Assembly: GCA_030583905.1 (NCBI GenBank)
Contig: CP129481.1
Location: 2,260,136 to 2,324,135, forward strand
Length of the DNA stretch: 64,000 bases
Direction of reading: 5' to 3'
Source of the DNA: Anaerolineales bacterium
GTDB lineage: Bacteria > Chloroflexota > Anaerolineae > Anaerolineales > Villigracilaceae
Below are positions 47,153 to 55,851 of the stretch, piece after piece (within the stretch, counting starts at the first letter, position 1; each line of letters begins with the position of its first letter). The notes beneath the pieces were generated by a model that was not told the DNA's origin, made no database searches, and saw nothing but the letters and a program-made list of their open reading frames with translations. A program made the translations under genes and the position numbers.

Positions 47153-48028
47153 ATGAGTATTTTTGATTTCATCGGTAATTTATTTTTTATCCTGTTGGGA
47201 ACAATTTTTCAATTATTCGTGGAAAAATTCAAAGGTAAGCAGAAATTTGTTAGTTGGTTATCCTTTGTACTTATAAGTGTTGGGATGTTTTGGCTCGGAT
47301 TGGAAATAGGCACAAAAGGTTCTTTTGAACTCGTTAGTGATAGTGGACGGAAAAACGTTGAGATTTCTGTACCAATGACAAATTGGGATGTAAACGGTGA
47401 GACCATAGGAAATTCAATTTTAGGCAACAACTCTCATCACGGGGAATTTGAATTATCTTCTGTTCAAGCGGAAAATTCTTACACAAGACCTGAGCAACAG
47501 TTGATATATTCTTGGGATTCCTTAGGCGCCTTTATTGAGCTAAATGGGATGCCCTTGCGTGGAGTTCAGTCTGTTATTTCAATCTTCCCCGTAGAAACAA
47601 AGTACTATGCTGAAAAAGTGTTTTGTCACTATACAGCAAAATATGATGGACGATATTACTCAAGTGTTGAACAGTATATCCCTTTTCGTCAGCCTGTAAT
47701 TATGATCTGGGACTTTACTGGAAGTGTTGACCCATCTGCTTTTGACATAACAGAAGAAGATCGAGCTTATCTAGAAAATTCAATTGACCTCCTTCATCAA
47801 AAAGGCTCAAGTTTTACTTATTATACGAGAAGACTTAGAGAACTTTGGCAATGGCAGGAATTAGTTGCAAACAGTTATGACCCAAACACAGTAGAGAAAC
47901 TTATTGTCACCTGTAATACTTCAGCAACAAAAGAATATCGTGGTGGCAATACAGGTGATCGATTTGTGTTCAGAGGTGAGTTTAATTTCGGTGACGTTAT
48001 AGTTTATCCGTATGAACAAGTAAAATGA
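47153..48028 (+). CDS. Hypothetical protein with two N-terminal TM segments
   Basis: AT-rich 291-aa ORF, RBS aggagg, lies between hsdS-tail copies. Confidence 0.75.
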   Translation: MSIFDFIGNLFFILLGTIFQLFVEKFKGKQKFVSWLSFVLISVGMFWLGLEIGTKGSFELVSDSGRKNVEISVPMTNWDVNGETIGNSILGNNSHHGEFELSSVQAENSYTRPEQQLIYSWDSLGAFIELNGMPLRGVQSVISIFPVETKYYAEKVFCHYTAKYDGRYYSSVEQYIPFRQPVIMIWDFTGSVDPSAFDITEEDRAYLENSIDLLHQKGSSFTYYTRRLRELWQWQELVANSYDPNTVEKLIVTCNTSATKEYRGGNTGDRFVFRGEFNFGDVIVYPYEQVK

Positions 48029-48369
48029 AGTCCTTCTTACAAGAAGAGTTTATGTGTACGGTGGCGCGAGACGAGTCGCTGCGGGGCGGATGTCCGAGGG
48101 CGAGAGGCAGGCGCCGTGTCGAGTTCATCGAGACATCGAGGGGTTGTTTGAGTCCCTGCTGACGCAATCTTTTGACGGTAGACGATGGATGACGGAAAAC
48201 TACTCTCTACTCTCGAATATCTAATCTCTGCTCTTGCGGGCGTGGTGGCGACCGAAGGGAGTGTCGAGTCGCTGCGAGGGAGGATGGGCGAGTCCACGAG
48301 GCAGGTCGAGGGGTTGTTTGAGTCATTGCTGAGTGAGAGTTTTGGAACATAAAAACAAAGGAGAAAATC

Positions 48370-48666
48370 ATGTCTGCTGAACATTTTGAAGCACTGGAAG
48401 CCGTTTATGAGGAAGTCATTGACTCCATGCCAGATACATTTGACGCGCATGAGTTTATTCTGAAACTCGCGCAAAGGCATCAACGCCTTTATGTTCAAGC
48501 TCTCATTGAATATGCCGAAAGTGAAAGACCATTTCAGATTGCTCATGGGCAAATCGCACAACGTTTACGCAATTTTCCAAATCTCGTTGCTTATGATGGA
48601 GAACACAATAGTAAGGATATTTTTCTCCAAGTTAACTCTGCATCGCTATGGCGCAAGGTAAGATAG
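48370..48666 (+). CDS. Hypothetical 98-aa protein
   Basis: RBS aaggag; lies between hsdS-tail copies. Confidence 0.75.
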   Translation: MSAEHFEALEAVYEEVIDSMPDTFDAHEFILKLAQRHQRLYVQALIEYAESERPFQIAHGQIAQRLRNFPNLVAYDGEHNSKDIFLQVNSASLWRKVR

Positions 48667-48851
48667 CGATTATGCAGGATGAGTTTGCGGGCGTGGTGGC
48701 GACCGAAGGGAGTGTCGAGTCCCTGCGGGGGAGGAATAGCATCCCCTTTGGGGACTCGGCGTTTGAGCCTCGCGAGGCGAGGAGGCAGGTGGAGAATCTT
48801 TTCGAGTCATTACTTGCTCAATCATTTGCAGCAGGATAAGGAGTTGAGAAC

Positions 48852-49163
48852 ATGCAAGTCTACATAAATTATCCCAATCCACACTTTACAATTCACAAGA
48901 ATTCTTCCTGTCCGCAAATCCATATACACCAAAAGAGCGGGCAACGGATCGTAAAAGTCAATCCGGTAACTTTGAAGAATGTTCTCAGTCAATTTATCAA
49001 TGATGCCTACGATTTCAAATCCGAAGCGCAATGGAATGATTTGTGGTTGGATGTGTCGTTGTCCACGTATGAGCAGGAAATTGGATTCGTTCATGTAATT
49101 CAAGCATTAATTGGTCAGCGATACAAACCGCTTGGAAATGCGCCGATAAGTGACCATTGCTAA
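48852..49163 (+). CDS. Hypothetical 103-aa protein
   Basis: RBS aaggag; AT-rich; lies between hsdS-tail copies; Cys/His residues near both ends. Confidence 0.72.
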   Translation: MQVYINYPNPHFTIHKNSSCPQIHIHQKSGQRIVKVNPVTLKNVLSQFINDAYDFKSEAQWNDLWLDVSLSTYEQEIGFVHVIQALIGQRYKPLGNAPISDHC

Positions 49164-49250
49164 TGCAAGTCGTGTCGACTGCCCGATAGGGCGTGTCGAG
49201 ACATCGAGGGGCTGTTTGAGAGTCTGCTGGCGGAGGCGTTTGAGCAATAA

Positions 49251-49590
49251 CCCCCTCCGCCCTGCCTGCGGCGGGCACCTACCCAAAGGGCACGCTGTCC
49301 CCCAAATCCGACGATTCAAACTCTGAATCATTTTGTAAGCGCTTCATTGTCGTATTTGGGAGAGGACGGGTGGGGGCGGTAGGTGAAAATCAAGTGACAG
49401 TCACCTTTGCGAAGCACCCTTTAGGGCACAGGTGACTGTCACTTTTGGTGCAAGGCGGAATTGCGCGGGTATGTGAAGGGCACGGCTTGTGCCACGAAGT
49501 GGTACCTCCGTGCCCTTGGGCGGCAAGACGCCGCCCCTACGTGTGTGTAGGGGCGGATTGGGTGGGGGCGGGCGACAGGACGTCGCCCCT
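49251..49590. repeat. Cluster of REP/MITE-like elements
   Basis: Copy of the 35692 element (49251-49379); AAGTGACAGTCACC..GGTGACTGTCACTT (49392-49444); AGGGCACGG..CCGTGCCCT; GTAGGGGCG..CGCCCCTAC. Confidence 0.75.
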
Positions 49591-49978
49591 ACTTATTGTT
49601 ATACAAAGCTCCGGCGATCACGGCAAAGACCAATACCGCCAGCCCGGTCACTTGTTCGGGGAAGGCATAGCCGAGGATCGTGCCGCCCATTGCCATTGCC
49701 CAGAGCGGGTAGGCAAGCAGGGTCAGGATCACGTTGAGCGTTTTGCCTTCGCCTTCGGTGCCCTGCCAGCGCAGGAACAACGCCAGCGCCCAGCAGATGA
49801 CCGCCCAGGTCCCTTCAAAGGTCGGCGCGAGGGACTTGCCGAGCACATAGATGCTGATGACCTCGCCCGGCACGTGCGCGGCGACTTTCCCCAGAAAATC
49901 TTGAAACTGCTCGAGGGCGGTCCGGGCTTTGGGTCTCACCTGCCCCATGCCGCCGATGGTCTTGTATAGCGTTGCCAT
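49589..49978 (-). CDS. Hypothetical membrane protein
   Basis: 129 aa, four hydrophobic segments, RBS aaaggag. Confidence 0.7.
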   Translation of the reverse strand: MATLYKTIGGMGQVRPKARTALEQFQDFLGKVAAHVPGEVISIYVLGKSLAPTFEGTWAVICWALALFLRWQGTEGEGKTLNVILTLLAYPLWAMAMGGTILGYAFPEQVTGLAVLVFAVIAGALYNNK

Positions 49979-50070
49979 TCTTTCTCCTTTTGTGTGTGAT
50001 TCGAACTTGCATTGACACCTTAGATTATAAGGATTTCAACGCGGAATTCAAACCCGGCGGTGCTCCAGGG

Positions 50071-50949
50071 TCACCTGCCGAACATCTCGCGGATGAGCGG
50101 GCGGATCGCCTCCCAGTTCGGCGCGAGCACCTGCGCACCCTGCGAGGTCTGGAATGGGATGACCATCTCGCGCGTAATACTGCGGTTGTCCAAGCCGGTG
50201 AGCAGGGCGCGCAGCATGGCAAACCCGAGGCGCGGGTACTGCCAGGCGGGCAGGTTGGTCTCGACCGCGCGGAAGAGCGGCGGCAGGATTTCGGGCAGTT
50301 TGCTCCACGAGGCGGGCTGGATGATCTTCTTGATCACGGCGGTCAGCAGGACTTGCGTGCCAGCCATGCGCCCGAAGTCGTCGCCCATGCTCCTGTCGCG
50401 GGCAAAGGCAAGTGCCTGGAGTCCGTTCAGATGGTGGGTGCCAGCCGGAAGTCCGCCCTGAGGCGCCGCCAGTTCGACATCCACTCCGCCCAGCGCATCC
50501 ACAAGGAAGATGAGTTCGGTCATGCGGATCAGCGCATAGTAGCGGACGGGCACGTTGAAGTTCTGGCGGATGGTTTCAAGCGCCGCCTCGGACCCCGCCC
50601 CGGGCTGGTCTGCTTCGGCGAAGAAATACGCCGTGTTGATTCTTTGTTCGCCCACGCCGGGAATCGGCACCCACAGGTCGCGCGGGATGGAAAGCATGCC
50701 GACGTACGGCTGGAGCGGGACGATGGTGGTCAGGATGATCGTATCGGTGCGCCCGGTGCCCCCGCGCTCGGGGGAGGCATCTGTGCCGAGCAGGAGGATA
50801 TTGGTGCGCAGGGGCGCGAGGAAGTAGGCAGCAATGAACAGGGATGCGAATACCAGCCAGTTCCATCGTTTGGGGCGTTTTTGTCGCGGCACGGCGCGCA
50901 CTGCCTGCATGCGGCTCATGCGGTCGGTGGGTCGGGTGTCTTCGAGCAT
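50071..50949 (-). CDS. LCP (LytR-CpsA-Psr) family protein
   Basis: NILLLGTD, RTDTIIL, SIPRDLWV, RINTAY, VDALGGV, ALAFARDR..DDFGR. Confidence 0.92.
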   Translation of the reverse strand: MLEDTRPTDRMSRMQAVRAVPRQKRPKRWNWLVFASLFIAAYFLAPLRTNILLLGTDASPERGGTGRTDTIILTTIVPLQPYVGMLSIPRDLWVPIPGVGEQRINTAYFFAEADQPGAGSEAALETIRQNFNVPVRYYALIRMTELIFLVDALGGVDVELAAPQGGLPAGTHHLNGLQALAFARDRSMGDDFGRMAGTQVLLTAVIKKIIQPASWSKLPEILPPLFRAVETNLPAWQYPRLGFAMLRALLTGLDNRSITREMVIPFQTSQGAQVLAPNWEAIRPLIREMFGR

Positions 50950-51045
50950 GGGAAAAATTGTACAGAGGCAGTATGAAGCGATGATGAGAGATAATCTTCA
51001 TGCCAAAAGAAAGAATTAACCGTATAATGTGGGTATTCCATTCAC

Positions 51046-51378
51046 GAGGTGGGCTGTTGCGCCGAATTAGTGAGGATACAATCCGCAAGCGGATGATCGA
51101 CCCGCAGTTGGAAAGGACGGGTTGGTATTTGCGCGACTTCTCAAATGGGGAAATTATTGGGTGGTAATTTTATGATTACATTGTTCAGTACGATAACCCT
51201 TGTTAGTTTCGCTTCCTGTGCGCCGTGCCAAGTATGTTCTTGCAGAAGCGCCATCTCGAGACCACCGACTTATACGAACCGCTCTTGGACATGTTTGGCA
51301 CGGATGCAGCGGCGCGGTGTTTTACGGAGAAGGGGTGTAAGAAATGGTGGAGTTTGCTAACCGATTGGCGATTCAATA
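51046..51378 (+). pseudogene. hsdR: Internally deleted hsdR remnant (5' about 90 bp joined to 3' about 200 bp)
   Basis: 51046-51130 matches 37144-37225 (GCGCCGAATTAGTGAGGATACA...ATGATCGACCCGCAGTTGGAAAGG); 51207-51370 matches 39743-39905 with frameshifts. Confidence 0.88.
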
Positions 51379-51429
51379 ATTTTGAGCCATTACACCGATT
51401 CGATTGCCACGAGATGAAAAGGAGACAAA

Positions 51430-53043
51430 ATGAATGGCAAAATTAGCTTCATTCCAAATGCAGATTTGGGCAGATATCTTCAATCCCTTGACTCTGTGCG
51501 ATTCCTTGAATCAAATGAGATTGCTTGTAATGTCCAAGCAAAATTAGAAATTTTTACGTCTTTGATGTTAGGTAGAACTATCCCTGTCGGTGAGCACCAG
51601 TTCATTGATTCGTACGGGCTTCTGTCGAATGCGTATCACATGATTAAAGCCTTAGATAAGTTGCCAAAAACAGATCGCTCCCAAATTGAACATATATTTC
51701 CTTTTCAACTTTATTTCCGAGGCGAATATAAGACCATAGATGGTTTGATTGCCGCAAAACTGGGCGACCCTAATTACAAACTTTCTTTGTGGCGTTATTT
51801 AAGCAAACCTGATGACCAAAAAATGCTAGATAATCGCCAAAAGATAAAGGCAAAAGTGGAAGATGGTACTTTTAAGTACGAGGATGACGATCTCGTGCCA
51901 AACAAAGATTATGATGCAGCAAAAATGCTTCACAAAGTTCGAAATCACTTCTTTCACGGCGAAAGAGAGCAAATCTACACACTCTACGGTTCTAAGACAA
52001 TTGGGATTGCACCTTACATTGGGCTTCTTGAAGCAGGAATTTCGAGGATTAGTAATCTGACTAGAAAGGATTTGAACAGTCAGATTAAACATCAAGCAAA
52101 GCTAATGGATAAGGGAATAATTGCCACAGAGATACTCGATCCTAAGTTAAAAGAAATAGCCGTTGAACTAATCATGATTCTGAGGCAACTAAAGAAACTT
52201 GGATTGATGACGGGAAATCGCTCTAATATCCGAATCGGTAATGCGAGAATTAGGTCACGGGGGAAAGAAAAAATTCAAAAGTTCAGAGAGATTGTAAACA
52301 ATGATCTAATGTATGACGCCATACTTGAAATTTTTGATTTGCTTTACAATAGTTCAATTGCTAAATCGTGTTTTGCACATAGCGAAAGTGTTTCATCAGC
52401 TCGGAGTATTACTGATAATCATTATGTCCAAGCGGCAATAGCACTTTCTACAATGGCAAAAAACGAGATTACCGATCAGGCAGACTTGAAAGGGAATTAC
52501 TTTAACCCGCCCTGGATACAAGATTTTACGTTCAACCTAAACGTGCCTTCCGAGGCAAAACTTATGCTTGATTCTATGCCATGGGAGCGTGTTTGGGAGG
52601 CGTTTTTGGATACAAAATGGCGAGATACTGTTTCTAATTTAAACGGTATTCTCTTGAAATGGGACAAATTTATCAATGACCCAACTACATCTGAACAAGA
52701 ATATATGGATGTGACCTACGAGTTGGATTATGCTTACGATGCACATATAGACAATATAAGCAGGATTCTTAAAGAGTCAGGGTGGAATTTTGTTAAAAAC
52801 CAGAAAACCAACCAAACCATAATTAAGTTTTTACCTTGGGTAGGTGGGTTAGCTACTAAGGCAGTAGCAAAGATTGCTCTTGATCGCGTTGGCATAGATC
52901 CATTTTGGGAGGAAACAATACCAGATTCAATTGGTACCGCAACGGGAATTGGCATAAATAAAACTATCGAACCTGTTGGCAAATGGATAACTAAAGGTTA
53001 CATTAGAAAGACATTTGCCCGCTTGGTTTTGCCAGAAAAATAA
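51430..53043 (+). CDS. Hypothetical 537-aa protein
   Basis: Long AT-rich ORF with RBS aaggag; no family recognised. Confidence 0.85.
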   Translation: MNGKISFIPNADLGRYLQSLDSVRFLESNEIACNVQAKLEIFTSLMLGRTIPVGEHQFIDSYGLLSNAYHMIKALDKLPKTDRSQIEHIFPFQLYFRGEYKTIDGLIAAKLGDPNYKLSLWRYLSKPDDQKMLDNRQKIKAKVEDGTFKYEDDDLVPNKDYDAAKMLHKVRNHFFHGEREQIYTLYGSKTIGIAPYIGLLEAGISRISNLTRKDLNSQIKHQAKLMDKGIIATEILDPKLKEIAVELIMILRQLKKLGLMTGNRSNIRIGNARIRSRGKEKIQKFREIVNNDLMYDAILEIFDLLYNSSIAKSCFAHSESVSSARSITDNHYVQAAIALSTMAKNEITDQADLKGNYFNPPWIQDFTFNLNVPSEAKLMLDSMPWERVWEAFLDTKWRDTVSNLNGILLKWDKFINDPTTSEQEYMDVTYELDYAYDAHIDNISRILKESGWNFVKNQKTNQTIIKFLPWVGGLATKAVAKIALDRVGIDPFWEETIPDSIGTATGIGINKTIEPVGKWITKGYIRKTFARLVLPEK

Positions 53044-53079
53044 GAATTTTTCAATACAAATACGGAAGAAGGATATGTC

Positions 53080-53757
53080 ATGAATTACTATGAGCTGCTT
53101 AGCAAATTCCCAAATCTTATCGGCGATAATGATGCCTTAATAAAGATCGTGCAAGAACCTGATGCTATCAAGGACTGGCAAGAACAGCGCCAAAAAGAAC
53201 TTGCCAGTAAAAACCTTCCGCAAAATTGGGCTGATATTGGTGTCGTATTTCATGATCCGTATTTTTTCGTTGTCCGTGACTTGGTTCAATTTCCTAATGG
53301 ACGTTTGAATGGTTATTGTCGTGTTCTAAGTGAAGCTAATCTGAGCGGAGGGCATGGGGCGGTTGTTTTGCCTGAATACGAAGGTAAAGTAATGTTGTTA
53401 CACCAGTATCGCCATCCAACGCGTAAATGGCACTATGAAGTTCCGCGTGGATATGGCGAATTGAACACTCCTGCTGAAGAAAATGCCCGAAAGGAAGTTG
53501 AAGAAGAAACAGGTGGAACAATTGAAAAGCTTGTGAATTTAGGGGAGTTCTATAATAATACTGGTTTTGAGGGTGGAGCGGTTTCGTTGTTTTATGCCAA
53601 GTTGTCATCCATAGGCCAGCCAAACGAAGATGAAGGCATTGAGTCCTTCGTCTGGCTCACTGTCAAAGAACTCGAAGAATGGATAGCCAACGAGAAGATC
53701 ACCGATGGCTTTACCATTGCCGCGTACACCAAAGCCAAACTCAAAGGATTGATCTAG
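53080..53757 (+). CDS. NUDIX hydrolase (ADP-ribose pyrophosphatase-like) with N-terminal extension
   Basis: HQYRHP..KW.YEVPRG, NUDIX box GYGE...AEENARKEVEEETG, I.DGFTIAA. Confidence 0.9.
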   Translation: MNYYELLSKFPNLIGDNDALIKIVQEPDAIKDWQEQRQKELASKNLPQNWADIGVVFHDPYFFVVRDLVQFPNGRLNGYCRVLSEANLSGGHGAVVLPEYEGKVMLLHQYRHPTRKWHYEVPRGYGELNTPAEENARKEVEEETGGTIEKLVNLGEFYNNTGFEGGAVSLFYAKLSSIGQPNEDEGIESFVWLTVKELEEWIANEKITDGFTIAAYTKAKLKGLI

Positions 53758-53909
53758 GAGGGATTCTTGCTATGAGCGGAATAGATAAGTTCTATGGTTA
53801 ATTAAGGAAGAAATCTATTCGGTTTCGTTTTCCCAATGGCAATAAGACTCCGAATCCGCTGCCCCAGAACTACCGCCATGTGAAAGCCGTCCGCGGACTG
53901 CTGAATTTT

Positions 53910-54354
53910 ATGCCCAGGGGACACCACATTGCAAGTATTGGCTTCAAAATCAGTGAGGAGGCCTTTGTGGTTCTGTCCAACCTTGAAAATGACCTGAAGT
54001 GGCGAAACGAATGGGTTGATACCCGGAAAACTTCAGAGGGTCCGATTGGACCTAGCACCTGTTTCGGTCTGGTTGCCAAAGCGTTTGGACGGCAGGCTCG
54101 AGACGGTCTACGAGACGATCCAATGCGAACCAAATCGGATTGTGGCGTGGAAAGCCATGTCGGGACCGCTTCCGCTGACATTCCGGAGGACCGTCGAGCG
54201 CGTCGAAGGCGGTACCCGCCTGACCATCAGATACGAAGTGGAACCGCGTAGCTTCCTAAAGCTGCTTATGCCGCTCATCGCTGGCTCGGTCACGCGACAA
54301 CATACAGGTGACCTGCGTAAGGTGAAGGAACTGCTGGAAACCCGCGCGTTGTGA
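53910..54354 (+). pseudogene. Frameshifted SRPBCC (polyketide cyclase-like) gene
   Basis: N-half EEAF..LSNLEND.KWR.EW..T.KTSEGPIG in one frame; C-half RLETVYE...EPNR.VAWK..SGPLP in the next; shift near 54090. Confidence 0.7.
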
Positions 54355-54455
54355 GCATGTTCTGAACATGTCAACAAACACCCGATCACGGGGTTATCTT
54401 GTCATAGCAGATATTTCCGACTACACATCGCTCGTTGCCAAGACAGATCTCAAAA

Positions 54456-54570
54456 ATGAGCGAAACTCAGATAACCCGAAGAAAACCCGAACAGGCCGCG
54501 AAACTCTTGCGCAAAGCCGATGAAGAAATGACAAGGGGCAAATCGGTGGAAGATTCCTACCCGGGAAAAG
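54456..54570 (+). mobile_element. Possible IS3-family OrfA N-terminal fragment
   Basis: RRKPEQ.AKLLRKAD....GKSVE resembles IS3 OrfA starts; short and degenerate. Confidence 0.4.
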
Positions 54571-54654
54571 CCACAACCTGCCTTGCAACCGGCAAAACCA
54601 AAGTCCCGCCTCAAAGCGGGACTTTGGTTTCTTGATAATGGAACTATCTTTTCC

Positions 54655-55851
54655 TCACTCGTATCGAAACCTCATCACGCCCACTGCAAAAAAGACAGCC
54701 GCAAACCCGAGCAGGACTCCCGCCTCGGGCAGAATTTCCATCAAGCCTCCGCCGCGCAAGCCCAGGTCCAACATGCCTTCCATCGCCCAGGTGGTGGGGA
54801 GGATTCTTACAGTATTCTGCACCGCAGGTGGGAACAGTTCCAGTGGATACATACATCCGCCCATCATGGCGAAGAGCATGCCGAACATGACGCTCAATCC
54901 GACGGCTTGCCCTGTGGTCTTGATGAACGTTCCCAATGCAGTGCCGAACGCTGCCGCCGCAAGCGCGGATGCGAATAACAGAACGAACAGGGCAAAGGGT
55001 TCACGTCCCCAATTGAGTTTCATCGCAAAGATGCCGAATCCAACCAGTAGAAACATTTGAATCAACGCCATCCCCACCTGACCTGAGATCGTGCCAAATA
55101 AAAATGTCGATTTACGCGCTGGGGTTGTCAGCATACGGCGCAACGTCCCTCCCTGACGTTCGGACGCGAACAATGCCGAGATCCCGAACAATGGGATAAA
55201 CACCCACGTGATCAATTGCCCGGCAGACGTATTGGTGCGCGGGTCATAATCGATTCCATCTGGCGTTGTGCTTTCGATCACAGTCACACGTTCTGGCGCA
55301 TCCTTCTGAATGGACTGCGCCATTTCCAAAGAGTTCTCGAAGTATGTTTGCTTCTCTGCGCCTGAGGCGAAAGGCTGTTTTGCCTCACGCACATTGACTG
55401 CATTCTGCGCCGCGGAGATGGAACTGCTCACCCTTCGGATCGCTGTCAGCACAGCCCGCTCGGCAATGGTTGCATTCAGGTTATTTGGCTGTTGAAATAA
55501 TTCGACCTCTGCTGAGCCGTTTTGCAGTAATTCGATGTCGATACCAGCAGGGATAATAAACACAACCGAGGCGCGGCGGTTTTCGAATTGGCTTTCAGCC
55601 TCTTCACGCGCAACAATTTCTGTGCGGACGGCGGACGAGTTTTCGAGATCAGAAATAATCTGCTGTGAAATGGATGTTTGTGCCTCATCCACGACCAGCA
55701 AGCGGATGCGGTGATCGTCATCCCCTGACGGGACCCCACCTGCAATCAGGAAAGTAAAGGTGATGGGTAAAATAAGGAAGAATAGCCACTCTGATTTACT
55801 TGCAAATCGAATGACGGCGTCCTTCCATGCGATGGCAAATATTTTTTTCAT
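54655..55851 (-). CDS. ABC-2 type exporter permease
   Basis: N-terminal TM, large loop, ERQGGTLRRML.TP, GGCMYP. Confidence 0.92.
   Translation of the reverse strand: MKKIFAIAWKDAVIRFASKSEWLFFLILPITFTFLIAGGVPSGDDDHRIRLLVVDEAQTSISQQIISDLENSSAVRTEIVAREEAESQFENRRASVVFIIPAGIDIELLQNGSAEVELFQQPNNLNATIAERAVLTAIRRVSSSISAAQNAVNVREAKQPFASGAEKQTYFENSLEMAQSIQKDAPERVTVIESTTPDGIDYDPRTNTSAGQLITWVFIPLFGISALFASERQGGTLRRMLTTPARKSTFLFGTISGQVGMALIQMFLLVGFGIFAMKLNWGREPFALFVLLFASALAAAAFGTALGTFIKTTGQAVGLSVMFGMLFAMMGGCMYPLELFPPAVQNTVRILPTTWAMEGMLDLGLRGGGLMEILPEAGVLLGFAAVFFAVGVMRFRYE

Larger units (their letters stand above)
45729..49250 (+). repeat. Array of six divergent hsdS 3'-tail copies separating passenger genes
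   Basis: Copies at 45729-45857 (true hsdS end), 47002-47121, 48037-48181, 48234-48352, 48672-48839 and 49163-49250 (partial); GC-rich; each encodes LFESLLxxxF. Confidence 0.9.

Noticed and set aside
48648-48839. 63-aa ORF as a real gene
   Set aside because: It is the translated hsdS tail copy 4 with a hairpin insert.
45729-49250. hsdS tails as a CRISPR array or attC sites
   Set aside because: Repeats are about 120 bp, degenerate and protein-coding-derived; spacers are whole genes; I saw no RYYYAAC/GTTRRRY pairing and no cas gene or integrase nearby.
37117-51378. A discrete prophage or ICE bounded by att sites
   Set aside because: No integrase, tRNA target or phage/conjugation genes; the flanking repeats are hsdR homology and a host-like LCP gene lies inside.
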